From positions 1-64,000 of IMG/VR virus record IMGVR_UViG_3300033074_000233: a stretch of DNA of 64,000 bases, one strand, 5' to 3'. This DNA comes from a virus (lineage: Duplodnaviria > Caudoviricetes). Of this stretch, positions 9,050-19,273 are shown one piece after another. The translations under genes and the position numbers were made by a program. The notes under the pieces were generated by a model that was not told the DNA's origin, ran no database searches, and was given only the letters and a program-made list of their open reading frames with translations. Positions within the stretch are counted from its first letter, which is position 1. The number at the start of each line of letters is the position of its first letter.

Positions 9050-10379
9050 CGTCGTCTCCTACGTCTCCTAGGTATTCGCTATCGGCTTCTTCTTCCTCGT
9101 CAGGACGAACGTCCGTTACGTTTGGATTATCTAAGTCGAATACCGTGTAGAGATCATCGTCGTAGCCAAGTTGGAAGTTGAACAGCAACTGGTTACGTGC
9201 TTTCAGTTGTCGAATGTCCATTACCTTGTTGTCACGGGTTTCTTTCGTAGCAACCCAGAACCAAGCGTTGTTGGCATGTTCTTTGATAGCACCAGAATAG
9301 CGTACTTCACCTTCGGCATTCACCTGCGCCAGCAGTATCACAATGGTGTTGTTGTTCTTCGCCCAAACTTTGCAGGCACGAGCCACGTCACCAAGTTTCT
9401 GCCAAGCATCATCGCCACCTACGTTTTTCAGAAGGCTGATATAGTCGATGATGATTACCTTGAATCCATAGGGCTTGAGCATCAGCAAGGCTTCGTCGTA
9501 GGTAATGTCCTCGTACGGAGCAAAGATAGTCAGGCGAAGATCATCTTCTTTCAGGTCATCCATGAAAGCCTTGTAGGACTTGACAATCTTTTTCTTTTCT
9601 TCGTCGGTGCACTTCTTCTGTTTGATCTTGGACAAGGGCGTCTTACTTATGTTGGCAGTAAGCCGTTCCATTGTCTCGTCTTCATTCATTTCCAGCGGAA
9701 CATAGGCGACGCTCTCACGTCCAAGTTTTGCCATGTTCTGAGCAATCTGGAGGGCCAACGAAGTCTTACCACCACCAGTGCTACCACCAAGTACGAACAG
9801 AGAACCGTATGCAATACCACCGTTCTTCTCATCAAAGGCCTTGAAGCCAGTGGGCACAAGGTTAGGCTTGTCGCCATTAAGGATACGCTTAACGATTCCA
9901 GCAGAGTTGTTGCCCTTACCGATGTGGAATATCTGTGTCTGGTGGTCGGCGCGTGTTCTTACTTTGGCAAGGCTATCAGCCGTTGTCTCAAGGAGTTTGT
10001 CAACGTCAACCTTGTCTTCCTGCAGGGACTTGTTGATGTTCTCACTGAGGAAGTACATATTACGCGCTTGGTAATACTTGTGCAGTACCTTCAAGGCCTT
10101 GCGTGACAGTTTCTCGTCCGCAATAGGAACAGCCTCAGACTTGCGGAGGAGTTTGCGATTCGTTTCGCTCAGTACAGGGTCGCTGCACACTTCGGCGTAA
10201 GTAGGAATCTCACCGTCACGGCGCACTATGGAGAAGATACGCTCGATGGCCTCACGTGTCGGATCATGGTGGAAGTGCTCTTTGGTTACTTGTGCCAGCA
10301 GTTTGTTCTGGTAACGCTTGTCCGATTCGCAAATGGACTTGACTACAAGCATTTCCAGTTTCGCGTCATACAAGCGCAT
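9042..10379 (-). CDS. dnaB: Replicative DnaB-family helicase
   Basis: Walker A GGSTGGGKT, H1a PLEM, Walker B IIIDYISLL, H3 LLAQVN, H4 SGAIKEHAN, KAR finger; DnaB-like N-terminal domain. Confidence 0.92.
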   Translation of the reverse strand: MRLYDAKLEMLVVKSICESDKRYQNKLLAQVTKEHFHHDPTREAIERIFSIVRRDGEIPTYAEVCSDPVLSETNRKLLRKSEAVPIADEKLSRKALKVLHKYYQARNMYFLSENINKSLQEDKVDVDKLLETTADSLAKVRTRADHQTQIFHIGKGNNSAGIVKRILNGDKPNLVPTGFKAFDEKNGGIAYGSLFVLGGSTGGGKTSLALQIAQNMAKLGRESVAYVPLEMNEDETMERLTANISKTPLSKIKQKKCTDEEKKKIVKSYKAFMDDLKEDDLRLTIFAPYEDITYDEALLMLKPYGFKVIIIDYISLLKNVGGDDAWQKLGDVARACKVWAKNNNTIVILLAQVNAEGEVRYSGAIKEHANNAWFWVATKETRDNKVMDIRQLKARNQLLFNFQLGYDDDLYTVFDLDNPNVTDVRPDEEEEADSEYLGDVGDDDG

Positions 10380-10836
10380 TAACTTCTCCTATATCTGTAC
10401 GTACAAGGATTCTAGGTATCAATATGGACACGTGGTAGAATCCTGTTGACATTGGACCAACAATTCCACCAGTCCATTCAGGATTATCCAGCGAGGGATC
10501 GCATACTATTTTGTCACCACAGCATACGACGTTGTGGTTCGTACCGTTCTTTGACTTACCACCAAGCAAGTAGTAGGTATCTTTGAAAGAGTACCCAAGC
10601 ATAGTCAATAAGGGTTCGAGTTCCAAGTCATAAGCCATCTGGATTTCTTTTAGGCCTTGCGTTGCTAGCCACTCGTCCATAGCCTTGTTCCAGTCGTCAT
10701 CGTTCTCGTAGTGAATACCAAAGTTTGGTACGCTGTCCCTGTCAAGGTCAAGAATATTGGCCAAACAGGTACGAGAGCAGTCTCCATATATACCTTCGTC
10801 CGGCTTATGACGAAACGCTTGTTTCTGAAATCTCAT
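10366..10836 (-). CDS. Hypothetical protein, possible papain/C39-like fold
   Basis: GDCSRTCLANILDL ... HNVV ... DP arrangement of Cys/His/Asp. Confidence 0.5.
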   Translation of the reverse strand: MRFQKQAFRHKPDEGIYGDCSRTCLANILDLDRDSVPNFGIHYENDDDWNKAMDEWLATQGLKEIQMAYDLELEPLLTMLGYSFKDTYYLLGGKSKNGTNHNVVCCGDKIVCDPSLDNPEWTGGIVGPMSTGFYHVSILIPRILVRTDIGEVNALV

Positions 10837-11507
10837 AACTCTACCGTTTTCTTTACTAGATTGGATGTAAGGAAAGCACAGGACGTCAGGCTCATGTGCA
10901 TCTTGGTGTTGAAGAACGTAAGCGGATCAGTGCCAGCAACTACAACGATACGCGGAATGTTGGAGTGCACCTCAAGGATATCGCGCAACTTCTCCAATTT
11001 GGAAGCCGAAGACTCCATCGTTATGTTGGACAGGATCAGCATACTCGGATGGTCAATCTCGCCGCTGTGCTTGCCAATGATTGGATTATCAAAGCCACCG
11101 ACAAGGGTGTGCCACAGAGGGAGGCCTCTGCCTTTGAGTGCCTTGCGCTGTTTCGCAGGTGCTTCTTTGTTACCGTGAGCCATCACAGCATTCATCATAA
11201 TGTGTGCGGCAAACAACTTGGCCCGAAGGTCGTTGGGCTTACCTGCAATACAGCACAGGTACGGACCATAGAAAGGATTCTCCATGATCTTTGACACGCC
11301 TTCGTTTTGTTTCTGTTTACTCACACGTTTTGGCTTGAGACCCTGAACCTCACTGGTGAATGAGCACAGGGCTTCATCCAGAGCAAACGGATGAATGCTG
11401 AACACTTGCTTGGTCATTCCGCGCGTAACCATCTGCTTGATGGCGCCAGTGTTACGCTTGTCCAAAAGAATGCGAACACCCTTTTTCTTTTCGCTTTTTT
11501 CTACCAT
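10833..11507 (-). CDS. Putative degenerate DnaC/DnaA-like AAA+ (helicase loader-like) protein
   Basis: Near dnaB; degenerate P-loop (IAGKPNDLRAK) and Walker B-like strand (MLILSNI); 224 aa. Confidence 0.4.
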   Translation of the reverse strand: MVEKSEKKKGVRILLDKRNTGAIKQMVTRGMTKQVFSIHPFALDEALCSFTSEVQGLKPKRVSKQKQNEGVSKIMENPFYGPYLCCIAGKPNDLRAKLFAAHIMMNAVMAHGNKEAPAKQRKALKGRGLPLWHTLVGGFDNPIIGKHSGEIDHPSMLILSNITMESSASKLEKLRDILEVHSNIPRIVVVAGTDPLTFFNTKMHMSLTSCAFLTSNLVKKTVEL

Positions 11508-11564
11508 GATAGGTACTCCTGTGTCGCGTACTTTACAGTCTCTAGAATCTTCCTACACCAGAGT

Positions 11565-11897
11565 TTAGGGCTTGAAGTATGTATCAAAGTAAGGAAAGGG
11601 ACCGTCTGTTTTAGGATCAATTTCCTTAAAGGTAAGGCCTTCACCATAATGAGTCAATTCATTATTCTTGGTTACTCTAATCTGAACTTCGTTTAGAGCA
11701 TCCAACTTAATTACTAGACCACAGTTGTTACACACGTATAGGGTGTAGATAGCGTCTAACGATTCATCTTCCTTAAATCCGTTGTAATGTGCGACTAATT
11801 GTGCAGTATCGCGTATTCCTTTTTGAGCGCAAGTAGGACATTGTAGAACTCTACAGTTTTCTTGTACATCACTTTGGAGACTAAGTTTCTTTTTCAT
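11565..11897 (-). CDS. Zinc-ribbon hypothetical protein
   Basis: CPTC...CNNC, 110 aa, AT-rich. Confidence 0.6.
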   Translation of the reverse strand: MKKKLSLQSDVQENCRVLQCPTCAQKGIRDTAQLVAHYNGFKEDESLDAIYTLYVCNNCGLVIKLDALNEVQIRVTKNNELTHYGEGLTFKEIDPKTDGPFPYFDTYFKP

Positions 11898-13477
11898 TAG
11901 AATCTTCCTACTTTCTTTCTAGGCTCGGCAGCACTAATGGTTCCGCCGGGCAAACGCTTGGAAATTTTCAGGACAGAACCTTTTTTGACGTACTTGTTTG
12001 CAACAGCCCAGTTCTCTTTTGATACACGGAACTTCATGCTGGCAATTCCTGGCTTTCCGAACAGACAGTTACGCAGGCAGCCTTTGCTGAATCCGAAATC
12101 GTCAAGGAAGAAACGAATAGTCGGCTCAGGTTTTCCTGGCACTGGCGTCAAGATACGCGCTGTTTCTTGACGAAAGTTTGGTGGATTGCTGATAGGCATT
12201 ACCTCGTACAGCGTGTCCCAACGAGGCACGTTAATACCACGCTGGACCATCCGTCGAATACCAATGATTACCTTTGTCTTGTACTTACGAGCATCCATGA
12301 TGACCTTCTTACGGTGATCTTTGGATTTCATAAGCGATGCAGTAAACCCTACGGCAATCTTCTTACCCGCACGGTCGTTAATCATCTTGGTGAGCAACTT
12401 GACGTGGTCAACTGTCATAACGGGAATGACAATGGATCTTCCCTGTTTCAGGTCGTGCATCACCCAATCTACGATAAGGTCGTTGCGCTTTTTCTCCTGT
12501 GCAAGGAAACGATAGGCATAGGCAAGTACCTTGTAGTCATAGGTCGTGCTCACTCCTGTCTCAATGAACTCCACGTTTGGCGTCAGCGACTCTACTTCCG
12601 CTTTAGCCGTAACTGGACCAATGATGTGCTCAAGGATGAAGTGCATGCCATCTTTACGCTCGGTCGTGCCTGTGCAACCTATGCGGTGCTTCGCATGAAA
12701 CGCATTCACAACACGGCTGAAACAGGTAGCAGGCGTCTGATCAACCTCGTCGATAAGCAACAGGCCGAAGTTGCGTTTGATCTTGTCTAGCCGCTTCTTA
12801 CCTTTCTTAGTGATGAATTGCTGGTACGTAGCCAGGGCAATGTCGTATCGGTCGAAGTCTTCCATCTTCTCCACGATACCACAAATCTTTTTGCCTTCAA
12901 ACTCCTCAATGTCCCGTACATTGGTCAAAGCCTTCTGGCTATCAGAGCCACAAATCGTTTCGTAGAACTGGGTCAGATAGTCGTACTGGCTAGCCAGAAT
13001 CAAAACCTTAAGGCCCATTTTGCAAAACAACTGCGTTAGCATTACGGTCTTGCCAGAGCGCGGTGGGGCATCCAAAATACCATAGCCCTTGGCGAGCAAC
13101 GCATCGCAGGGCTTCTCTTGATAGTCGTGAAGTTTTCCAGTGAACTTGATCTTGTACCTGAACTTAGGTGCCGCCCGTTTGTCCTTGATCTTGAGTTTCT
13201 TTAGGCGTGGAACAACGGCCTTGATGTCCTTCCGATTACCAACGGAAAGACCGTAGTATTCGACGCCCTTGACCTCCTTCTCGTTGTACAACTTGAAGTT
13301 GCCAAGAAAGCCAGGGCAGGTGTCACACACTTCACTATGTCGATCAGGTCGATAAGGACATGGCGCACACTTTTCCTCAGCATATACGGCTTTCTGGAAG
13401 CGTGCCTTCAATTCGTATTCATCGACCTGACTAACTGGAATGTAAACGCGGTCAGTTATTACTATCGCGTTGCTCAC
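11897..13477 (-). CDS. SF2 helicase (UvsW/type III restriction Res-like)
   Basis: Q motif LHDYQ, Walker A APPRSGKT, LIDEVD, TGTTERKDG, QRGINVP, QETARIL. Confidence 0.9.
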   Translation of the reverse strand: MSNAIVITDRVYIPVSQVDEYELKARFQKAVYAEEKCAPCPYRPDRHSEVCDTCPGFLGNFKLYNEKEVKGVEYYGLSVGNRKDIKAVVPRLKKLKIKDKRAAPKFRYKIKFTGKLHDYQEKPCDALLAKGYGILDAPPRSGKTVMLTQLFCKMGLKVLILASQYDYLTQFYETICGSDSQKALTNVRDIEEFEGKKICGIVEKMEDFDRYDIALATYQQFITKKGKKRLDKIKRNFGLLLIDEVDQTPATCFSRVVNAFHAKHRIGCTGTTERKDGMHFILEHIIGPVTAKAEVESLTPNVEFIETGVSTTYDYKVLAYAYRFLAQEKKRNDLIVDWVMHDLKQGRSIVIPVMTVDHVKLLTKMINDRAGKKIAVGFTASLMKSKDHRKKVIMDARKYKTKVIIGIRRMVQRGINVPRWDTLYEVMPISNPPNFRQETARILTPVPGKPEPTIRFFLDDFGFSKGCLRNCLFGKPGIASMKFRVSKENWAVANKYVKKGSVLKISKRLPGGTISAAEPRKKVGRF

Positions 13478-13844
13478 TCGATTCTCCGAGGAAATCGTAA
13501 TTGAAGGTTATGTCCAGTTTAATAGGGTCGTTCGCTGGAATGCTAGTAATTGCCATGGATCCCTGTAGTTTGTTGTACATTTCTGTCTGTAACTTTACAA
13601 CGTCCTCTTCCGAGAGCGCATCGGACAATTCTTCAGGAGAACAGCAATCACGACCTTCACGCTTCAATCTTTCCAGCAGTTCCTGGTCAATCTTGATAAA
13701 TACATCCTGGCAGCCTTGATACAACAGTTCTTCTTGAATATCACCTTGAGGCCGTTGACTTTGGGTCTTGGTCGTAGGTTCGCGTTGAAGTATCTTGGCC
13801 CAGCGCATTAGGGCCATCCTGATTGGACTTGTTACGTTCGACAT
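13452..13844 (-). CDS. Hypothetical protein
   Basis: 130 aa with GAGGT SD. Confidence 0.55.
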   Translation of the reverse strand: MSNVTSPIRMALMRWAKILQREPTTKTQSQRPQGDIQEELLYQGCQDVFIKIDQELLERLKREGRDCCSPEELSDALSEEDVVKLQTEMYNKLQGSMAITSIPANDPIKLDITFNYDFLGESSEQRDSNN

Positions 13845-14043
13845 TTTTATTTACCTCTCGGGTTCTTATGTTTGTTCGCCTAAGCCAGTCAGTCTGACCT
13901 CTGGTCAACACTTCTGGATTTACAGCATACATCAGACCACATTGACAACGGTCAACGCGAACCATCCAAGCATTCCTACGGCCTGTTGGCCCAACACCCA
14001 TTCTTTGGTTTGCTTTCTTACCACACTCACATTCTACTGTCAT
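13741..14043 (-). CDS. Hypothetical zinc-binding protein
   Basis: CECG...CQCG; ATGA coupling with upstream gene; overlaps next ORF by about 100 nt. Confidence 0.5.
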   Translation of the reverse strand: MTVECECGKKANQRMGVGPTGRRNAWMVRVDRCQCGLMYAVNPEVLTRGQTDWLRRTNIRTREVNKNVERNKSNQDGPNALGQDTSTRTYDQDPKSTASR

Positions 14044-14576
14044 AGGTTTTTACCGTTGCCTACAATGTTCTCACGCTGGTAGATCAAGGTCAGCGCGTCC
14101 AGGGTATGTTTTAGGTTCCACGCCGCTTGGTCTATATCATCTATCATTAACCTTGCCATCTCGATTATCCGTTCGTAGTCGGCAATCTTGTAGTGCGCCA
14201 ACTGAAACAGGTTCTTGATGTAGGCCTTGCGATCACCAATGGAACGTCCAGGTATGTAGTCACGATAGGTTGTGCTGGTATGCGTTTCAATTCGATCAGT
14301 GGCCGCGTTCAAAAGGCGATTGGCTTTCTGAACCGTGACCATAATCTCCACGCAGCGTGAACGATAGGCCGAGCCTTGAAGACCTGCTGCAATGATCTTG
14401 TGAACGTCAGGTGTTTTCAAGTGCAAATCGCGTGTTTTCCGCGACTTGTGCATAATCTCTAGTTCGCTAACTAAATTGTCAAATTCGGCTAGGCCCTGGC
14501 AGTATTTCAGGATGTTTTTGAACTTGGCGTAAGCCTCATCCTTTCTTAGGAGAGCCTTTACCTCTTTACGAGACAT
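14040..14576 (-). CDS. Hypothetical helical protein (replication/recombination cluster)
   Basis: 178 aa, tightly packed, core-like codon usage. Confidence 0.7.
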   Translation of the reverse strand: MSRKEVKALLRKDEAYAKFKNILKYCQGLAEFDNLVSELEIMHKSRKTRDLHLKTPDVHKIIAAGLQGSAYRSRCVEIMVTVQKANRLLNAATDRIETHTSTTYRDYIPGRSIGDRKAYIKNLFQLAHYKIADYERIIEMARLMIDDIDQAAWNLKHTLDALTLIYQRENIVGNGKNL

Positions 14577-15020
14577 TTAGAACTCCAGTTTCTCTTTGAT
14601 GTTCTGGTTGTAGCCAACAGTAACCATGCTTCCATAAACGCCCATGTTGTAGAGCATAAGGTCGCGCAGTTTGTACTTTAGTTGAAGCGTACTCTGGGTT
14701 TCTCTCAGGTCCTTCAACTTCAAATCAGGCAACTTAGAGGAGTACACGCACAGGTAGTTGAAGGCCGATGAAAACTTCTGGCTCGCTGAATCTAACATAT
14801 AGCCTACGGTTATTCCCTTAGGCGTCTGCCCTTTCAATTCGTACACGTCCAGCATAGGCAAGTCGATCTGGTCAATACGGACGGCGTATACTTCCGTGTA
14901 ATGACTCAGTTCGTTCTCGGTGTATATCCAGTAGTGTGACTTGCCGCAGCGAACACCTTGAATTGTGCCTTTAACTACTCTGGATGGTATCGTTATCTTC
15001 TTGTTGTGAAATCGTTTCAT
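14577..15020 (-). CDS. Hypothetical protein
   Basis: 147 aa, abuts neighbours. Confidence 0.7.
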   Translation of the reverse strand: MKRFHNKKITIPSRVVKGTIQGVRCGKSHYWIYTENELSHYTEVYAVRIDQIDLPMLDVYELKGQTPKGITVGYMLDSASQKFSSAFNYLCVYSSKLPDLKLKDLRETQSTLQLKYKLRDLMLYNMGVYGSMVTVGYNQNIKEKLEF

Positions 15021-15032
15021 CCTGCAAACTCC

Positions 15033-16124
15033 TCACAGAAGAATGCAGGAATAAATGTACTCGACACCATCGACCTTCGTTTCGATCATAAGGCACTTGT
15101 TAGGAACTACCATAATGGTTATGGTAGGACTCTTGGCTCGCAGCAGGATATCACCGAGCACTTGTGGATGTACGTTCACAGGTATCTTCATGTCCTTTGA
15201 GTCTTTGCCTTTGAGCGTGTCACTGACGGAGCCCGAGTTGGTCTTGGTACGAATACGCAGAGAGTCTTCCTTGATCAGGAACTCTACAGGTACGTTCTCC
15301 TCGTACACGGACATGAGGTTGTCCAATGTCTTCGCCAGTTCTGCCGTCTTGACAGTGATGCAGCCCGAAGACTTCTCACCCTTCAACTGCTTGATGAGGC
15401 CCTTGGCATCGTCCAGGGAGATTGCCTGATCGAACTGCTCAAGAGGAACGCGATACCTAAAGGACTCATTCGAGGCAAAGATCGAGGACTCCGTTACAGA
15501 CAACTTGTACGCTTGGTTCTTGGCAATGGAGTTCATCATAGGAATAGTGCCTGCAGGCAGACACATAAGAGCGTCCGACTTGAACTTGGTCGCCGACATT
15601 CTGGCATAGGCCATGTGCGAGTCATTGGCGCAGGAGAACTCCGCACCCTTGCTGCTGAGTTTTATGAATACTGGAAGCGGATTCATCTTGCCTAGGTGCA
15701 CGTCATTGATCGACACAGCAGGTACTATGGTGTTAAGAGTGGCAATGAACTCGTCCGTGAAGTTGAGGTTGGTTGCCTCAGTCTCCATGGAAATCTTTTC
15801 GTCAGGCAGCGTTACGAAATTGCCTGAGTAGGATTTGCTCGACGGAGCCTTGAAAGCCACGCAGGCATCCTTCAATTCCATTTCGAGTTCTTTACGATTC
15901 TTCAACAGACCAACAAGGACTTCCGGCTTTACCGTGAACAGGCCCTTTTCGGATATCTTGGCATCCTTAACACGGAGAGCAATTACCTTGCCAGCGTTCT
16001 GCGCTGTTACTACCAGACCTTTGCTGGCTTCAAAGGTGAGCGATTGAACCTGCTCGACACCTTTGGTAATGTCCTTGATTATGTCCGTCAGTTCCTTTGC
16101 GTTAACTACGATTTTCATATTCAT
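15033..16124 (-). CDS. dnaN: DNA polymerase beta-type sliding clamp
   Basis: 363 aa (DnaN size); three repeated strand-helix units (MKIVVNAKEL..., NLNFTDEFIATL..., CITVKTAELAKTL...); C-terminal YIYSCILL strand; replication cluster. Confidence 0.7.
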   Translation of the reverse strand: MNMKIVVNAKELTDIIKDITKGVEQVQSLTFEASKGLVVTAQNAGKVIALRVKDAKISEKGLFTVKPEVLVGLLKNRKELEMELKDACVAFKAPSSKSYSGNFVTLPDEKISMETEATNLNFTDEFIATLNTIVPAVSINDVHLGKMNPLPVFIKLSSKGAEFSCANDSHMAYARMSATKFKSDALMCLPAGTIPMMNSIAKNQAYKLSVTESSIFASNESFRYRVPLEQFDQAISLDDAKGLIKQLKGEKSSGCITVKTAELAKTLDNLMSVYEENVPVEFLIKEDSLRIRTKTNSGSVSDTLKGKDSKDMKIPVNVHPQVLGDILLRAKSPTITIMVVPNKCLMIETKVDGVEYIYSCILL

Positions 16125-16147
16125 TCCTACCTAAGAGGTTGTGCACT

Positions 16148-16552
16148 TTATTGGCAATGTCTAATACGGGCGTCTGCGAACTTGGCCGTTTTAATTATCT
16201 CAGAGTAGTAAAGCATATCCTGAGATTCTCCGAAGACTACTACATCTGGTTTTGAGTGTCCTCGCAGGGTGTAACGAGACCCCGAGTCAGAGCCGTCTAT
16301 AAAAATACAGTGTACGGATACTGGGGCTGTTTGTCTATAAAGATCGAAGTTTGATTTACTGTTTGCTATAACGAAAACTATATTTGGGGGTACCTGATTT
16401 TTACCCCGTAGAGTTTCCAAGAGGCCCGAAGTTCCGAAACGAATCAGGATGTAGCCTACGAACAGTGCTGCTAACAAGACAGGTATAGCATAGTAGGTAG
16501 TAACCATAGTATCAAAATTCATCACACTTTCTCCTAGTAGTTTGTGTATCAC
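16148..16552 (-). CDS. Hypothetical membrane-anchored protein
   Basis: Hydrophobic segment YAIPVLLAALFVGYILI. Confidence 0.6.
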   Translation of the reverse strand: MIHKLLGESVMNFDTMVTTYYAIPVLLAALFVGYILIRFGTSGLLETLRGKNQVPPNIVFVIANSKSNFDLYRQTAPVSVHCIFIDGSDSGSRYTLRGHSKPDVVVFGESQDMLYYSEIIKTAKFADARIRHCQ

Positions 16553-17334
16553 TTTACAGTTTCACGCACGGTAATGCGGGACAAATATCCTTCAAGAATG
16601 GAGACAGCCATCAGGGGACCTGCATCACCTGTGTACTTCTGTTTCCACTTTCTCCACTTGGATACCAGATAGATCGGGTGCAAAATCAACGTACCGTCTA
16701 CGTGCAATGGAGCCATGCTATAGACGAAGGCGCCAGAGTCCTTCACGTTGTCATACAGGGTCTCAGCGTCACTCCAGAAGAGGACGTAGTATTTGCCCTT
16801 GTAGGCCAAGTGAAAATAGATATCCTTGTTCTTTGAAGCCAGCACAATGCGGCTACGCGATGACATGGTTAGGTACGCGAGCATAAGGCTCCACGAACCT
16901 TCAAGTTTGTCGATAATCCTTTTCTTGACCAGTAGTGCGTAGTTAGCCTCAACGTCATTCAGGTCTGGGTGCTTGACACTATTCAACTTCACTAGGAGTT
17001 TGCTAGGTGCAAATCCTGGCGCGTCGATTTCCTTGTCATTCATCCCAGTAAATGCCGAGACCTCATCGTTGTTGGATATAGAGCCGTTAAGCCAGGTTAC
17101 CGCAGTGCTTCCACGCGAAGGAACTGCTATGGAATACATTTCGTCGCTCTGGCTACTGGCCAAAAGGAAAACACCAGGACTCAAGTCGGTAATCTCACCG
17201 AGTTGTTCCGTTTTGACTAGACTCTTGTTAAGCGAGCAGTGGGTAATCCGCTTGTCGCCATAAACGCTCTCCAGCAGCGACCTTAGGTCGGTGAGGTCGT
17301 CTGGCTTACTGTGAAGAATGAGACAGCCTAACAT
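16549..17334 (-). CDS. Degenerate class II glutamine amidotransferase (Ntn-hydrolase)-like protein
   Basis: WLNGSISN (cf. HNGxIxN) and KLEGSWSL (cf. LEGxFAL); lacks N-terminal catalytic Cys. Confidence 0.5.
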   Translation of the reverse strand: MLGCLILHSKPDDLTDLRSLLESVYGDKRITHCSLNKSLVKTEQLGEITDLSPGVFLLASSQSDEMYSIAVPSRGSTAVTWLNGSISNNDEVSAFTGMNDKEIDAPGFAPSKLLVKLNSVKHPDLNDVEANYALLVKKRIIDKLEGSWSLMLAYLTMSSRSRIVLASKNKDIYFHLAYKGKYYVLFWSDAETLYDNVKDSGAFVYSMAPLHVDGTLILHPIYLVSKWRKWKQKYTGDAGPLMAVSILEGYLSRITVRETVK

Positions 17335-17341
17335 AGATCAC

Positions 17342-19273
17342 CTATGATTCGTAGTCGCTGAGGATTGGGTAATTTTCATCCAAATAGGTCTTCAACTTGG
17401 AGTTGTTCCAGTCACGATAGACCTGCTTGTACGCCGTGTCATAATCAATCTGCGGATACAGCGTACAGTGGTCCTTCAGTGTACGCTTAATGCACTCATC
17501 CAGACTGAATGCTTTACCCTTGAACGGACCCTTAGGCCCATGTATCTCCTCATCAAATCCTTTGAGCGACCAGTCCCATTTGTACGTCTTGTCCTGTGAC
17601 GCACCAAACTCCATTTCAATCTCACACGGCACCGTGAACTTCAGGTCAAAGTGCTTGTCGTAGTAGCCCTGAACACCCATAGTTGCACACCACTGCAGAA
17701 TCTGGGCAGTAGCCAGAGCCATATCAAAGGTGGCTGAGGTGAAGATGGAATCATGCACCATCACCTCAATACCAATAGGGCAGTGCGTGTCTTCGGTCGT
17801 TAGCCTTTTCAGTTTCAACAGGTACTCATAAATGTGCTGCTCAAACAGGCGAGCACCTGTATGACCAAAGTCTGCGCCCATGCCTTGAATCGGAGAGTTC
17901 TTGGCTCGACGATCCATTGCACCTGCGATACCTTTGTCACCAGTCAAGTGGCCGAACAAGTGACGACGACGGCCCAAGGCAGACTTGGCAAACAAGTGCT
18001 TACGGCCAAATTCGGCTGTCCAGTTCAACCAATCCGATGCTACACGGAATCGTTTGAAGAATCTGTCATACAGGTCTTTGGCAAAGTCGGCGGACTTCCT
18101 CAGGTCTTTGGCCAAAGTCTTATAGGACTTACCGTAAATTACACCGAACGCTACACCTTTTACTGCATCACGCATTTCGTCCGTGATCTGGGAGAAGTCC
18201 ACACCAAAGAAGAAATTCACGTTTATACGGTGAATGTCACCCTTGTTACCCAGTTCTATTGCAAACTTTGCCAGGCCTGTCTTAGCCCACTTCTGACGGA
18301 GTTTACGACCAATAGCAAATACACCAGCGAGAACCGTGTCACCGCTGATGATGGACCATACACGAACTTCGTGTGCGCTATAGTCCATCTTAATGATAAT
18401 GCACCCAGGCGGCGGTGCGAACGTGCGCTTAATGTGCTTCGCCATCTCACCGCGTTGAGGTACCTGCTGCAACGAGGGATCACTACTATTGGATCGTCCA
18501 GACAACACCTTAAAGAAGCCATAATTAGGACGCATACGACCGTCGATCTTACCGTCATCGGAGTCGATCTTCTTGGCGAAAGCATCCACGTACGAGGACT
18601 TGATCTTCTTGGCCTTCTCCAGCGTATTGAGTAGGGCTACTTCTGGAACTTCCTCGTACTTCTTCTTAAAGAACTTACCCAGACTTGGCTTCTTGGACTT
18701 CTTGCTTAGTTCAGGCTCAAGATCGAGCACGTCCACATACATAACAATCTTGTGCGCGGGCTTGCTTATATCGAAGATTCTAGGTGCCTTGTTGAACAAT
18801 CCTTTTCCAACAGGTACGTTCATATCGGCCAGCAGGATTTTATTGGCTTTAGCCGCAGCGTCTGTTGAGTTAAGTTGGTTCGTTATATCCTGAATAGCCT
18901 TTGAGATTGGAGACTCGCGTGTCTTCAAATAGGATAGGTACTTGCGGTCCATTGCAACACCACGTTGTTCCATACTGGCGAATACATGGATGTTGTTGGA
19001 CATTTGTCCAACGGAAACACGAATATGATCCTTAGAATAGGACTGGGTAACACCTTGATCACGGTATACCAGGTTCTTGGCACGCTCACGCTGCTTGTCA
19101 TGTATCGCAAGAATTGCCTGCGTATCCATAGCACAGTTATGTACTAAAACGGGGTTCTCACTAATTTCAGTAGAGACAAAGAGGTTATGATTATCCTCTA
19201 CTTCTATGTCACAGACCGTGGGTGTGTTCCCAAGGTTCGTGATACGTTTAATAACTACCGTTGCGGTGCCCAT
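17342..19273 (-). CDS. polA: Family A DNA polymerase, C-terminal fragment, preceded by split-intein C-half
   Basis: IntC (CDIEVEDNHNLFV...VLVHN/C); SGRSNSSDPSLQQVP, motif A MDYSAHEVR, motif B RDAVKGVAFGVIYG, NSPIQG, motif C VHDSI. SD GAGGT lies inside the antisense endonuclease ORF. Confidence 0.93.
   Translation of the reverse strand: MGTATVVIKRITNLGNTPTVCDIEVEDNHNLFVSTEISENPVLVHNCAMDTQAILAIHDKQRERAKNLVYRDQGVTQSYSKDHIRVSVGQMSNNIHVFASMEQRGVAMDRKYLSYLKTRESPISKAIQDITNQLNSTDAAAKANKILLADMNVPVGKGLFNKAPRIFDISKPAHKIVMYVDVLDLEPELSKKSKKPSLGKFFKKKYEEVPEVALLNTLEKAKKIKSSYVDAFAKKIDSDDGKIDGRMRPNYGFFKVLSGRSNSSDPSLQQVPQRGEMAKHIKRTFAPPPGCIIIKMDYSAHEVRVWSIISGDTVLAGVFAIGRKLRQKWAKTGLAKFAIELGNKGDIHRINVNFFFGVDFSQITDEMRDAVKGVAFGVIYGKSYKTLAKDLRKSADFAKDLYDRFFKRFRVASDWLNWTAEFGRKHLFAKSALGRRRHLFGHLTGDKGIAGAMDRRAKNSPIQGMGADFGHTGARLFEQHIYEYLLKLKRLTTEDTHCPIGIEVMVHDSIFTSATFDMALATAQILQWCATMGVQGYYDKHFDLKFTVPCEIEMEFGASQDKTYKWDWSLKGFDEEIHGPKGPFKGKAFSLDECIKRTLKDHCTLYPQIDYDTAYKQVYRDWNNSKLKTYLDENYPILSDYES
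19136..19273 (-). mobile_element. Split intein C-half (IntC, 46 aa) of DNA polymerase
   Basis: Ends VLVHN; +1 Cys at 19133-19135. Confidence 0.93.

Noticed and set aside
19205-19220. Class 3 intein suggested by Cys in block F (VCDIEV)
   Set aside because: The Cys replaces the usual Tyr while the catalytic Asp is retained, and IntN begins with Cys1, consistent with class 1.
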